A stretch of DNA of 64,000 nt, taken from Octopus vulgaris. Its lineage: Eukaryota. The stretch spans positions 11,780,001-11,844,000 of the forward strand of contig OX597831.1 of assembly GCA_951406725.2 (NCBI GenBank). The letters run 5' to 3'. The position numbers and the translations under genes were made by a program. Numbering within the stretch: the stretch's first letter is position 1; every line of letters starts with the position of its first letter. Under the pieces are notes generated by a model, which saw nothing but the letters and a program-made list of their open reading frames with translations, was not told where the DNA came from and made no database searches. Positions 45,532 to 60,339 of the stretch are shown piece by piece.

Positions 45532-45562
<31 letters not shown>

Positions 45563-45574
45563 ATGTGTGTGTAC

Positions 45575-45630
<56 letters not shown>

Positions 45631-46271
45631 ATATACGTGTGTATGTATATATGTACATGTGTCTCTAAGTATATATGTATATATATACATATACATGTGT
45701 GTGTATGTATATATATATATATTTATGAATTCATTAATGTCTATATATTGATAATTAAAGGTATATGAATATATATAAATATAATTCCATTTAACATATA
45801 AACAATATATATATACAGATAGATAAATACATATATTTAAACACACACACACACACATATATATACATACACACATACAAATAGGTGCGGATATACATAT
45901 GCACATATATGTATAATACAGACACGCATGCGGTCATAATAGCCAACATACTTATACACTCATACAAATTCTGTGAGTGTACATACATACATACATACAT
46001 GCATGCATACAGGCACACACACCCACACACACACCACACACTCTCCTACCGAATATAGGTATTAATTCGTAACTATGTCACGTCAAAACGGATGCATTAC
46101 TCCATTCGTTTGATTAAATTTAATTACACAAATGTTTATTATTTTATTGTTACATATCCACGTAACCAATTACCTGTGCGTACATTGGCTTACATACATA
46201 TATACATAATATACACACGTACATCTACAAACACTCAGATAATTAATATAGTAATATATTTATATATACCG

Positions 46272-46575
<304 letters not shown>

Positions 46576-46785
46576 ACATACATGCATACATACATAAATA
46601 GATATAAATATACATACATACATACACGAATATATGTTACTTGTGTGTATAAACTGAGTGTAGTAGAGCGAGTAGAGTTATATATGTGTATACACTCACA
46701 AACACATACACATACACACACACACATCATATATATATGTGTGTGTGTATGTAAACATACATACATACAAACAAACACACAACGC

Positions 46786-46865
<80 letters not shown>

Positions 46866-46882
46866 TAATCTGGTCGTACACC

Positions 46883-46922
<40 letters not shown>

Positions 46923-47267
46923 AACATACATACATACATATATACATATATATTATATATATATGCACACACAGAGGCACACAATCACATACACATACAA
47001 ACGTACGTACGTCCATACAAGCATACATACATATATTGTTCTATGTGTGTGTGGGTGTATATTTATGTACATTATAAATATTATAATGAATTGACTGCTA
47101 ACATATTAATATTTTAATATAAGCCGCGTCAAATATTATGATCACTCATTTCTGGTGTAAAAGTACTTCAAGGCCATTGCTGATGCGTTGACCAAGTTGA
47201 TAACATTAACCGGCGTCGGACACTGAGCAATAGAGTTTGCCATTCGTTACTGTAATAATAATTATTA

Positions 47268-47510
47268 AGGCGGCGAGCTGGCAGAATCTTCAACAGCCGG
47301 AGAAAATGTTTAGCAGCACTTTGTCCGTCTTTACGTTCTGAGTTCGAATTCCACTGAGGTCGACTTTGCCTTTCATCCTTTCATCCTTTCGGAGTCGATT
47401 AAATAAGTACCAGTTATACACTGGGACACTGGGGTCGATGTAATCGACATGATCCCTTCCCCTAAATTAGAGACTTGTGCTTCCAGTAGAAAAGATTATT
47501 ATTGTTATTA

Positions 47511-47589
<79 letters not shown>

Positions 47590-48470
47590 TGTTATTAGTG
47601 CTATTATTATTATTACTATTATTATTATTATTATTAAGTTGGTGAGCTGACAGAATCGTTAAGCACGCCGGGGAAAATGTTCGGCAGCATTTCGTCCGTC
47701 TTTAGGTTCTGTGTTCAAATTCCGCCTAAGTCGACTTTGCCTTTCATCCCATCGCGGCCAATAAAACAATTACCAACTGAACACTATGATATTGCTGGCA
47801 TTGTGCCAAAATTTGAAACTAAATTATTATTAAGCATATAGAACCGTTACCATTCCGGACAAAATGCTAGCAGCATTCCTCCCGGTTTTGCATTCAAATT
47901 CTACGAAAACCGGCCTTGCGTTTCGTCCTTTGCCGGGTCGATAAAACAAGGACCGACTAACCTCACTCGCCTAAAATTTTCACGCTTTGTGCCTATTCTA
48001 GAAAAGAGTTAAATAGATAATCATTAACAGAGCTGGTAGAATTAGTGCGTCGCAAAAATAATTCGCTGTATTTCTTCCGACTCATTACATTATGAGATCA
48101 AATTCCACCGTGGTCGACTTTTCATCTTTTTGAGATCGATAAAATAAGTATCAGTTAAATATTGTTATTGATATAATCTGCTTTTGCCCCTTAATCTCAA
48201 AATTGCTGGCCTTGTGTCAAAATTCGAAACCATTTTTATAATAATCATCAAAGCTGATGTGCTGGCAGAATCAGTGGAGCGCTGCGGGATGAAAATACTT
48301 CGCCATATTTGCTTCGGCGGTACGTTCGGAGTTCAAATACGACTGAGGTCAAGATTGCTTGTCCTCATTTCAAGGGTCAATAAAATAAGTACCTGTCATG
48401 TACTGGTGTCCAGGGTCTCCAATAATCTCCAGCCATAAATATTTCTCGCCTTGTGACCTAAAAAAGAAAT
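47268..48470 (+). mobile_element. Head-to-tail array of about five SINE-A copies of differing age, separated by (ATT)n or AT-rich spacers
   Basis: Heads near 47268, 47638, ~47840, 48028 and 48255, each followed by gcctttcatcc/gtcgataaa-type bodies and ccttgtg tails. Confidence 0.8.
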
Positions 48471-48474
48471 AATT

Positions 48475-48865
48475 ATTCTTTTCTACTCTAGGCACAAGGC
48501 CCAAAATTTTGGGGGAGGGAAGCAATCGATTAGATCGACCCCAATACAAAACTGGTACTCAATTTATCGACCCCAAAAGGATGAAAAGTAAAAATCGACG
48601 TAGGCGGAATTTGAACTCAGAACATAAAAATACCTATTTCTTTACTACCCACTAGGGGCTAAACACAGAGGGGACGAACAAGGACAGACAAACGGATTAA
48701 GTCGATTACTTCGACCCCAGTGCGTAACTGGTACTTAATTTATCGACCCCGAAAGGATGAAAGGCAAAGTCGACCTCGGCGGACTTTGAACTCAGGACGC
48801 AGCGGCGGACGAAATACTGCAAAGCATTTCGCCCGGCGTGCTAACGTTTCTGCCAACTCGCCGCC
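48475..48865 (-). mobile_element. SINE-A dimer
   Basis: Two A bodies joined at aaatacc|tatttcttta (after 48634). Confidence 0.85.
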
Positions 48866-49142
48866 TTGCAAGAAGAAATAATAATTTACAACACTCGTTT
48901 CTAACTTCAAAATAAGTCTAGTTATTCTGTAGAAGACTAAAACAGGTATAGCTGTGGAGTTAAGATGTTCACCTGGTAACCTTGTATTTTCCGGTTCGAT
49001 CCTACTCGCCGTGCTTCGGGCAAGAGAAAGAGCGGGAAGAGAGATGAAAAATGCTTTGCTGTATTTTCTGGGCTCTTTACATCCAGAGTTCAAATCCCGA
49101 CAAGTTGGACTTTACCCTTCATCATTCTGGGACCGCTAATTT

Positions 49143-49270
49143 AAAATATACGTAGCTGAAAGATCACACATTCTTCTTAAGGACAAGAATTCCACTACAC
49201 TATTTAATTCAAGATCCAAAGTATTCAGCAAATGCAAGAATATGGACAAGTTTCTTTTGTCGAACTGGTG
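49143..49270 (+). pseudogene. Penelope-like element ORF C-terminal fragment
   Basis: KIYVAERSHILL...LFNSRSKVFSKCKNMDKFLLSNW resembles the PLE C-terminus after GIY-YIG (LC..EK..I...LLN.RSE..SKCRH..KFLL.N). Confidence 0.55.
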
Positions 49271-49713
49271 GGGGGGAGCACTACCCTCTTCTGATTAAGC
49301 AGCTGTCTGGCAGACTTTGGACCCCTCTCCGCTGAATTATCCTACAACTAGTTTAATTATGACTTCTGCAGTCAAAGGGGACGTAATTCTGATTTTGTTT
49401 TCTTCCCTTTCTTTTTCCATTTTTATTCACCTTTTCTCATCTCGTTCCACTTCCTGCTTCAACCCTCTTCACGTTTTTTCTCGTGCATTGTCAGGGACCA
49501 GCGTTTTAATATTTAATGACACAAGCTATGTCCTCAGAGCTTGAACATCGCTTAGCGACACACGGCAAGTTATAAAAATCTGCCTAACCACGTGTCTTAA
49601 TAGCAAGAAACCAACATTAGCTACTCTTTTAATACAGGGTACATTAAACGGTAATCTTTCACAGGATGGAGTACTTTTTCTGTTGATCCTACTTTAACGG
49701 AACTGTAAACTAC

Positions 49714-49793
<80 letters not shown>

Positions 49794-49871
49794 CTTCATT
49801 TAAAAGTAGCAGAAATATCACAAAAACTGTTACTCAGAGTTTCACCTTCCCGTTCGTTGGGCAGTTTTGTC

Positions 49872-49902
<31 letters not shown>

Positions 49903-49933
49903 CACATACATATACTTGTGTGTAGATATATTC

Positions 49934-49991
<58 letters not shown>

Positions 49992-50196
49992 ATGTATATA
50001 CAGAGAGGCACACACACAGAGACAGGGAGACAGAGAGTGTGTGTGAGAGAGAGAGAAAGAAAGAGAGAAATAAATATATAAATAGATAAATAAATAGAAA
50101 AACAAATAAGTATTATATATAATATAGACTTATGCAGATATACACATATATGTATGCTTACATTCATATACATATACAGTTATAGATGAAGATATA

Positions 50197-50259
<63 letters not shown>

Positions 50260-50798
50260 TGTGTGCTTATATGCGTGTTTATATATGTGTTGCCCATTCA
50301 GTGGACGCCATCATGGTTGCACAATAACGTTAGATTCTGGTGGTGATATGATGCACGCAATGACCCCAGTCCTGAGCCGAACAACAATACAAGTTTTGAT
50401 GACGACGACAGACGTAGGTTAAGAAGCAGCAAATCTTGGACAGACATTCAATAATGGCCGAAAGTCCAGAACATTCTATAGCTATGAAGGTCTGTTGTGC
50501 TGTTGTTGTTACAATAATCGTCGCTGTTGTTGTTGTGTGTGTGTGGGAGGGGTTATTGTTGTTATTGTTGTTGTTGCCCCAGCCGTGGCAGTATAATGTG
50601 ACGTTTTCATTTTTAGTTTATTTGGTTATTTATATATCGAGGCACAAAATGGCGGTGATTTGAGCGGGGAGTTAGCTGCTGTTTCTCACGAGTGAAGTAA
50701 GTTTGTAAAATGGTGTCACTATGATGGTAAAATTACCTATAGAAACGTAATAATATCGATATATGACTACATGAACGCTCATAAATACACACATACAT

Positions 50799-50894
<96 letters not shown>

Positions 50895-50929
50895 ACTTAT
50901 ATATATATATATATACATTTATACATAAT

Positions 50930-50975
<46 letters not shown>

Positions 50976-50977
<2 letters not shown>

Positions 50978-51173
50978 CCAAACAAGAAAACACAAAAAAA
51001 CACAACAACGCGAGGACGTGGAACAAATAAAGTATTATTGGACGCTCAGGAAAGAAGGAAAGAAGGAGGGTTTAACGTTTCGAGCGGAGCTCTTCGTCGG
51101 AAACATAGGAGAAGGAAAGATCCAGAGAAGGGAAGACAGGGGGGAAAAATCGCCAACGGTACACACGAGGTCA
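50976..51173 (-). mobile_element. Penelope-like terminal fragment in (TA)n with hammerhead-like core
   Basis: Minus strand CCGACGA-A-GAGC-TCC-GCTC-GAAAC at ~51077-51100; (TA)n on both sides. Confidence 0.55.
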
Positions 51174-51357
51174 TATATATATATATATATCATATAACGG
51201 CATCGGAATATATCTAACATAAAACAAACATTATCTGGTTTAGAACTGGAGTTGATGGGCCCAAAGAATGGATGCATAGTGTATGTGAAATGTTTTAATC
51301 TGACGAGTTACTCTGAGTTGCACTTTTAGTTGCTGTGTTCACGATTCATACATACAT

Positions 51358-51403
<46 letters not shown>

Positions 51404-51451
51404 ATGAATATATATATATATAAATATATAATGTATGTATATATATGTATA

Positions 51452-51506
<55 letters not shown>

Positions 51507-51508
<2 letters not shown>

Positions 51509-51720
51509 CGGGAAGCTTTATGAAAATAAACAAAAGACGAAGGCAGGTGGAGTACAAACAAACAATTGTATTAGTATGGCGCTCAGCAATATAAATAAAA
51601 CAAGTCTTTTACGTTTCGAGCCTACGCTCTTCAACAGAAAGATACACAGAAAAGAAACACGGAGAGAAACAAGGAGAGAAAAAAATGCGTGCAGAAGCTA
51701 GCGATTCAACATGGCGATCA
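51507..51720 (-). mobile_element. Related Penelope-like terminal fragment in (TA)n with hammerhead-like core
   Basis: Minus strand CTGTTGA-A-GAGC-GTAG-GCTC-GAAAC at ~51613-51637; shares gtatta..cgctcag and acgtttcgagc..gctcttc with the 50976 copy. Confidence 0.55.
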
Positions 51721-51925
51721 TATATATATATACATACATACATATATGTATATATATATATAATGTATGTATATATATGTATATAAATATATATATATAT
51801 ATATGCATGTGTGTATATATACATATATATGTATGTATATATATGCATTTGTATGTTTACATATATAAACATATACTTACACACACACACATACATATAC
51901 ATATGTATATATATAATTATATATA

Positions 51926-51979
<54 letters not shown>

Positions 51980-52071
51980 TGTATATGCATAAAGACACAC
52001 ATATTCATATTTATCAATGTCAAAAGAACATTCTTACAATGTCTGTCTGCAACAACATAAATGATAATAAA

Positions 52072-52171
<100 letters not shown>

Positions 52172-52697
52172 GTGTTTTCCTTAATATTGTCAGAAAGGCG
52201 ACGGATAAATGCACAATAATAAATAAGGAGATGACAGCAGTTTCTTTGTGAAAAAAAAAAGTCAGGGGCCATCCTGCCTTGTTTTAGGGGAGGGGTGTAT
52301 CATTGTGGGTTAATAAGCATTGTCGTGGGAAATTAAAGGGCTGCTATCTGGTCACCATCCGTTAACTGGTAGCGCTTAAGGGTACAATCTCACTTTTATA
52401 CCCGGTCCTGTCTAATTGCAATGGAGAATTAAAATGGGCATGTATGTGTGTACGTGAATATATATATACAGCCTGTATATGTGTGTGTATGTATATATTT
52501 ATATATATATGAATATGTACATGCGTATATATACATATATATATATGCATATATATATATATATGCACATATATTATTTACATATATGTGTGTAAATATA
52601 TGTATATATATATGTATATATATATGCTTGTATATATATGTATATATATATACATATATATATATATATGTATATATATATGTATATATATATACAC

Positions 52698-52731
<34 letters not shown>

Positions 52732-53055
52732 ATATATATAGTACAGCCGTTCAAGTACATATTTGTACATGCATTATATTAAGTTATAGACGCTGCCGGT
52801 TTATGTATAACTGTACTGAAGTGTGTGTGTGTGTATATGTTTGTATGTATATGTATGTATGTGTGTGTGTTTGTGTTTGTGTGTTTGCATGTGTGGGGTG
52901 CGTGTGTGCTGGCGCGTGCGTGATTATGTGATTTGTTAAGTAGACAGACACAGGCTAAGATTGAAAGATTGTCTGATACATGCATACACAGACACACGTA
53001 CACGCAAGCACCCATACGCACACACACGCACACACACGTATAAAGAGAGAGCGGG

Positions 53056-53449
<394 letters not shown>

Positions 53450-54086
53450 AAACATGTCTTAATACGCTCACACACACACACACAAACACACATATATATA
53501 TATATGTGTGTGTATATGCATACATGTATATCTGTGTGTTTGCGTATATGTAAAATTATATATATGCACATAAATATATACACACACACACATGTATATA
53601 TATTTATGTATATATATATTTATACACACACACACACGTGCTCACTCACCCAAACAAACATAGGACGACGATATGCCTCCCATTATCCTCCTTAAAGTCT
53701 CGATTAAAAAAAAAAAGAGAGAAACTCCCTTAATGTAGACCCAGGAAGGTAAAGCAAACAACCTGGTGGCCCCTTTCTCTGTCCTTTTTATCAGGGAATC
53801 AAATCTAGTTTGTTTCGTTGCGCCGTGTGTTTGTAGAGGGCGCCTGTGTGAGTGTGGGCGTTTATGCATGCGACCGGGTGTGTATGTTGATATACATGTG
53901 TGTGTGTGTGTGAGTGTGTGTGTGTGTGTGTGTGTGAGTGTGTGTGTGTGTGTTAGGAGAGAGAGAGAGTTGGAGTGAGGGAGAGGGGGAGAGAGAGAAA
54001 GAGAGAGAAAGAAAGAGGCAGTATGCACGGACTTCCTATGACTGTGATACGTGTGAATGCGCATATGTATATATATGTACATGTGT

Positions 54087-54179
<93 letters not shown>

Positions 54180-54217
54180 TGCATGTCTGTAAATGTATAT
54201 ATATAATATATGTTATG

Positions 54218-54250
<33 letters not shown>

Positions 54251-54261
54251 ATGTATGTATA

Positions 54262-54335
<74 letters not shown>

Positions 54336-54655
54336 GTATGTATGTAAATATGTATGTATGCATATATATAAACAAAAATTAATGTTTTGTACGGGTGTAT
54401 ATGCTTGCTTCTTTGCACTTCAGAGACAACGTATCCCTCTATCTACCGATCTATCTATCTGTCTATATATCTACCTATCTATATCTATCTATCTTTCTAT
54501 ATTTATCTATCTATCTATGCAGCTATTTGTGTTTGTATAACCCTCTCTCTCTCTATCTCTCTCTCTCAGTCCCATTTTCCCCTCCCTCTCCGCTCTCTTT
54601 ACATATATATATATGCGTGTGAGTGAATGTTGGCGCGTATTAGTGTGCATGTGAA

Positions 54656-54689
<34 letters not shown>

Positions 54690-55248
54690 CGGGTGAGTGT
54701 GTGTGTTTGTGTGTCTCGGTCTATGCGCATGCTTGTGCCACCTATTGTGTGATTGTTCACTTCTCAGTCCGTTCTGTCGCGCTCCTTTCCTCGGCTTCTA
54801 AACCTGCAGCGCCCTCTCTCTGATATCAATCAGCCCCACCCACCCACATCACACACGGCCGTACACATTCTTACTACACATGCTGTCGTACACATACATG
54901 CATCCATTGTCAAACACACATACACACACGCACATATCGCCATCATCAACATCATCATCATCATCAGCTTCGTCCACATCAACAACAACCCATGGTCATG
55001 GGTTCGACTTTTACACGGGATTACAAGCTCACACACACACACACACACACACTCACACACACACACACATGCACACACATACCTGGCTTCTCAATATCAG
55101 CACATTTATATGTACACTTTTACACACGCATACAAACACACTTGCTTCTGCATACACGAGCACACAGACACAACCACACACACACACACATACTCATCTT
55201 CAAAGAGACTCTGGTTTACTATCATACACATATTTATACACACCCTCT

Positions 55249-55289
<41 letters not shown>

Positions 55290-56047
55290 CGTTACAAATA
55301 CAAACACACACAGAAATGGACACATACACACACATACACACACACACGGACACACACATACACACACACGGACACACACACGGACACACACATACACACA
55401 CACGCGCACACTCTCATACCATCAGCTCGCATTTACACGCACACTTACAGAACACACCCTTACAGACACACAAGCACACCGCCATCGCTCTCTCTCCCTC
55501 TCTCTCCCTCTTTCTCTCTCTCTCTCTCTCCCTTTCTATTGTTACTCCATCACTAACCCTACAAACTCCCTTTGTTTATATATCCATGTGTCGCTTGTTT
55601 TCTTCTTCCGTCCCTTAAAAAGAGAAACAAAAAACAAATGAAGCGGCCATTTTCACACGCCACACGCCATTTTGTTTCGCCATGTTTCGTTTCCATTTTC
55701 TTTTTTTTCTTTTCTTTTTTCGCTTGTTTATTTATTTATTTGTTTATTTTGTACGATGATTCTTTGTTTTGTTTTATTTTTCATTGTTTTGCTGGTTGTC
55801 TTTGGTCTTTATTACAGTTGTTGTTTTCTTTAATTTTTGGTGTGGTGGCAGCGGAGGGGGATGTTGTGTGTATTGGGGGGGTGTAATGGAAGGGGTCGGC
55901 GGTGGGGATCGGTTCCTTTCGCTTTCGTTCCAACAACAAAATCTCATTGGCTTTTTTTAAACGCTTTGTCACGCGACACCGTCGAAGTTGAAAGGCAAAT
56001 GACATCATCACAGCAATGGCTCGACAAAATCAACGTCGCCGTCGTCG

Positions 56048-56253
56048 TCATAGTCATCATCATCACCATCATCCTCATCATCACCATCACCACCACCATC
56101 ATCATCATCACCATCCTCATCATCATCATCATCATCATCATCACCACCACCATCATCATCCTCACCATCATCACCAACACCATCATCATCATCATCACCA
56201 CCATCTTCATCATCATCATCACCATCATCATCATCATCTTCATCATCATCATC

Positions 56254-56285
<32 letters not shown>

Positions 56286-56303
56286 CATCATAATCATCAT
56301 CAC

Positions 56304-56338
<35 letters not shown>

Positions 56339-56455
56339 CCACTACCACCATCATCATCATCACCACCACCATCTTCATCACCATCCTCATCATCATCATC
56401 ATAATCATCATCATCATCATCATAATTATCATCATCATAATCATCGTAATCATCG
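56048..56455. repeat. (CAT)n/(CAC)n trinucleotide tract
   Basis: Direct inspection; yields poly-H/I/M/D ORFs in several frames. Confidence 0.95.
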
Positions 56456-56909
56456 CCCTTAATTTTTCTCCTCATCGCGATCATTGCCATGAACCTCATT
56501 ACTTGTCACTGTTTCGTCCTTGTTGTCTCCGTCATCATCATGATCGTTGTCATCATCATCACCGTCATCATCATCAACAACAAGAACAGTGAAACAATAG
56601 TTAGGTGATATCTGATTGCTGTCTCTGCCCTTCGCTTCCCCTTTCTCTCTCTCTCTCTCTCTCTCCCTCTCCCTCTCACTCTCTCTCTCTATCTGTCCAT
56701 CTTTTTATCTGTCTATTCATCCGACGGTTCCTGTATGTCGGCCAATAGGCCTACCTGTCTGTCAGTCCACCTGTTTGTATGTCTGACTTTGACTCTGACT
56801 CTCTGACTATTCGTCGGCTTAAGCTACTCCTCAGCCCATCTGTCTGTCTGTCTGTCTGTATTCGTAATTTCCCTTATTTTTAACCGACAGAGGTTAACAA
56901 ATTTACAAT

Positions 56910-57308
56910 GATGGTTTCAAATTTTGGCGCGGTTAGTAGTTTTTTTCGAGGGGAGTAGGAAGTTACATCGAACCCCAGTACTTAACTGGTACATATTTTA
57001 TCGAAGCCCGAAAGGATGAAAGACAAAGTCGACTTCAGTGGAATTTGAACTCAGAACCTAAACACGGACGAAATACCTATTTCTTTACTACCCACAAGGG
57101 GCTAAACACAGAGAAGACAAACAAGGTCAGACAAATGGATGAAGTCGATTACATCGACCCCAGTTCGAAACTGGTACTTATTTAATCGACCCCGAAAGGA
57201 TGAAATGCGAAGTCGACCTCGGCGGAATTTGACCTCAGAAAGTAACGGCAGACGAAATAACACTAAGTATTTTGTCCAGCGTGCTAACAGTTCTACCAGC
57301 TCACCGGC
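56910..57308 (-). mobile_element. SINE-A dimer
   Basis: Junction gacgaaatacc|tatttcttta after 57077. Confidence 0.85.
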
Positions 57309-57519
57309 TTCGCAACTTTTCGAAACTAAAGCATATATACATATACTCACGTATTGAGTTCTCCTTATTCTATTTCCTATGTCAAACCTATATGCTTGTA
57401 TACACTCACGTGTATACGTACATATACATACGCGTAAGTGGCCACAAACTCCACAACACACGCACAAATATATACAGGACTACATGCGCGTATATATAAA
57501 TATATACGTGTATATATAA

Positions 57520-58097
57520 TACAAATAAGATAATAGAGAAACAATTATAGTTTGTTCATCAACTTTCGGATATTATAATGTTGGATTATTTATTCATTTA
57601 ACAAAATGAGAACCTCAGTAGCATACATATATATCTTATAATTCAATACATATAAGATAAGAATACAAATTATAAAAGTCATAATATAAATTATTGAAAT
57701 CATTAAAATCAATTCTTACAGCTGTTTCAGCCTATGGTTAAAAGTAGTTAATTTTATTTTTATTACCTATAGGTGTCAACATACTGAGGTTGTAGGCATT
57801 TAAAAATAGGGTACTTAGATATATAACCATAGGCCTCGTCAGAGGTTATTAGGAACTTTAAAAATATTACTATTAATACATTAAACATGATACATGTATT
57901 ATTTAATATATATATTATTTGTATTATAAATTTACGGTAAAATATTTCTTTACCTTCATCCGTTTAATACAATAAATGAGTAAATTTCATTGCAATTAAA
58001 AACATTTATGTATTAAGAATCTGGGTACTTTACCGAAAGTATATTGGATAAATGCTATCCCATAGTGGGTTACACCCATAACCCCTATCTTACTTTA
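57520..58097 (-). mobile_element. AT-rich probable Penelope-like terminal repeat (pLTR) remnant
   Basis: AT-rich block bounded by TA-rich tracts and containing a hammerhead motif. Confidence 0.5.
57712..57848 (-). ncRNA. Type I hammerhead ribozyme with intact catalytic core
   Basis: Minus strand: CUGACGA (57842-57836), 12-bp stem II GGCCUAUGGUUA/UAACCAUAGGCU, GAAAC (57728-57724), palindromic AGCU loop, GUA cleavage triplet (57719-57717); stem I is weak. Confidence 0.72.
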
Positions 58098-58459
58098 TAC
58101 GTATATATATATATATATATCAGCTACTACTGCCTTTTCGCATCAAGTAGTCAGTGTGGCAACACGTATTTGTTTGTGCTCGTTGCCTTCAGGCACTTTT
58201 TCCACAGCCAGCCCTATACTTAACTCGTCCTGTCGAAAGACGCTTGTCCTGACGTCCTGGTTTTGTTATTACTGTTTTTACGTATTTTGTATTCTTATTC
58301 GTGCTATCATTATTGTTTTTACGTATTTTTGTATTTTTTTTCGTGTAACATCGTCCGTTGTCCGTCACTGTTTTGTATACTTTCGAGGCTTTCTTCCGTG
58401 TCTTGTCGTCTTCTAAATGTTTCACGTTCTTGTCCCTGTTTGTGTATTTTTTTAACTTT

Positions 58460-58506
<47 letters not shown>

Positions 58507-58871
58507 TCATACACACACACGCTCACATACGCTCGCACACATACATACATGCATACATACAAGCATACATGTATGTATGTATGCATGCACGCATACATAC
58601 ATACACACATACATACACAAACATGCACACATACATATATACATACACACACACACATATACGTAGATACATACAAGCACATATACATACACAAACATAC
58701 ACACATACATACACACATACGCCCACACATACATATATACATACATACATATACACACATGCATTCACATACATGCATACACACACATACACACATACAT
58801 ACATACATATATAACTTACATACATACATACATACGTATATACATACATACACACATACATACATACATAC

Positions 58872-58902
<31 letters not shown>

Positions 58903-59758
58903 AATATATACATACATACATACATACATACACACATACATACATACATACATACATACATACATACATACATACATACATACATACATACATACATACA
59001 TACATACATACATACATACATACATACATACATACATACATACATACATACATACATACATACATACATACATACATACATACATACATACACACATACA
59101 CATGGTTCCTTCATTCAGTTCTTTGTCTCCTTTCACTGTCTGCCAATCTCCCGACACCATTTTGATATTTTCGGTGACACTATCACACTTCTGAACAGAG
59201 TCCCCTATTGGAGACTAACTCTAACACCAATATACAAGGGGACGTAAGGCCTAACCCATAAAGACCTGCATTGTCTGACTGACGAAATTCTACTAAAATG
59301 GCCGACGCTGGTCATAAATCGTTCTTGGCTCTTTGCAAATCTCGTCCTCTCCTTTTTTGTGACGTTTCGCGTCAATTCATTCTGTTGTCTGTTGGTTCCA
59401 AAGAATTCAAGGTTTTGTATTTGTGCATATTAAGTTATTCTTGTGTGCATTTGTGTGCATATGTAGACGTTTGTATGTGTATGCATGTGTGATTATGTAC
59501 GTGTGCATGTGTGTTTATGTGTGTGTGTGTGCGTGTGTGTGCATCGTTGTACTTTTAGAAGAGACCACATAACATAAATACGTACACAAACGCACATACA
59601 CATATTCAAGCTTTCATATATATATATATATATACACACACAATCATCGATTCATATTTCTCTCTTTCTTTTCCACTCTCTTCCTTTCTCTCTCCCTCTC
59701 TCTCTCTCTCTGTTTATATATATATACATGTATATATATATGTATATACATATATGTA

Positions 59759-59812
<54 letters not shown>

Positions 59813-59884
59813 TATATATAATATATATATACATACATATTTATATATATATATATATATATATGCATTTCTATGTGTGTATGT

Positions 59885-60110
59885 GTGTGTGTATCTTTGT
59901 GTGTCTTTGTCCCCCATCACCGTTTGATAACCGGTGTTGGTGTGCTTACATCACGTAACCTAGCAATTCGGCGAAAGTGTCCGATAGAATAAATACCAGG
60001 CTTAAAAGAAGAAAAAAAACTAAGTTCTGGGCTCAATTCATTCGACTAAGTATTCTTCAAGGCGGTGCCCCAGCTTGGCCGCAGTCCAGTGACTAAAACA
60101 AGCAAAAGGC
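59885..60110 (+). mobile_element. SINE B, 3' half
   Basis: ttgtccccc...cgtaacctagc...ggcggtgccccagcttggccgcagtccagtgactaaaac. Confidence 0.8.
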
Positions 60111-60339
60111 GGGGATGAAAATGCTTGTGCTATATACGAGCCCCTTCCCCTCCATCAGACCCACGTTACTACGTCGTGTCACATGATCAGCTGTCGAAGG
60201 GATCACAGAGTAACGTGAGATCAGGAACACAAGGTATCGCTCGGTTGGGGAATCGAAACCGCGATCTCGCGATCGTTAGTGCAACACCTCGAAACACCGC
60301 GAAAGTCCACAGCCTACTGTCAAATGCTACGTATATTTT

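Noticed and set aside
47268-48470. CRISPR-like repeat-spacer array
   Set aside because: Eukaryotic DNA; the units are ~200-bp diverged SINE copies and there are no cas genes.
55837-56592. Poly-His, poly-Ile, poly-Met and poly-Asp ORFs
   Set aside because: A (CAT)n tract open in several frames, with no flanking domain or convincing splice structure.
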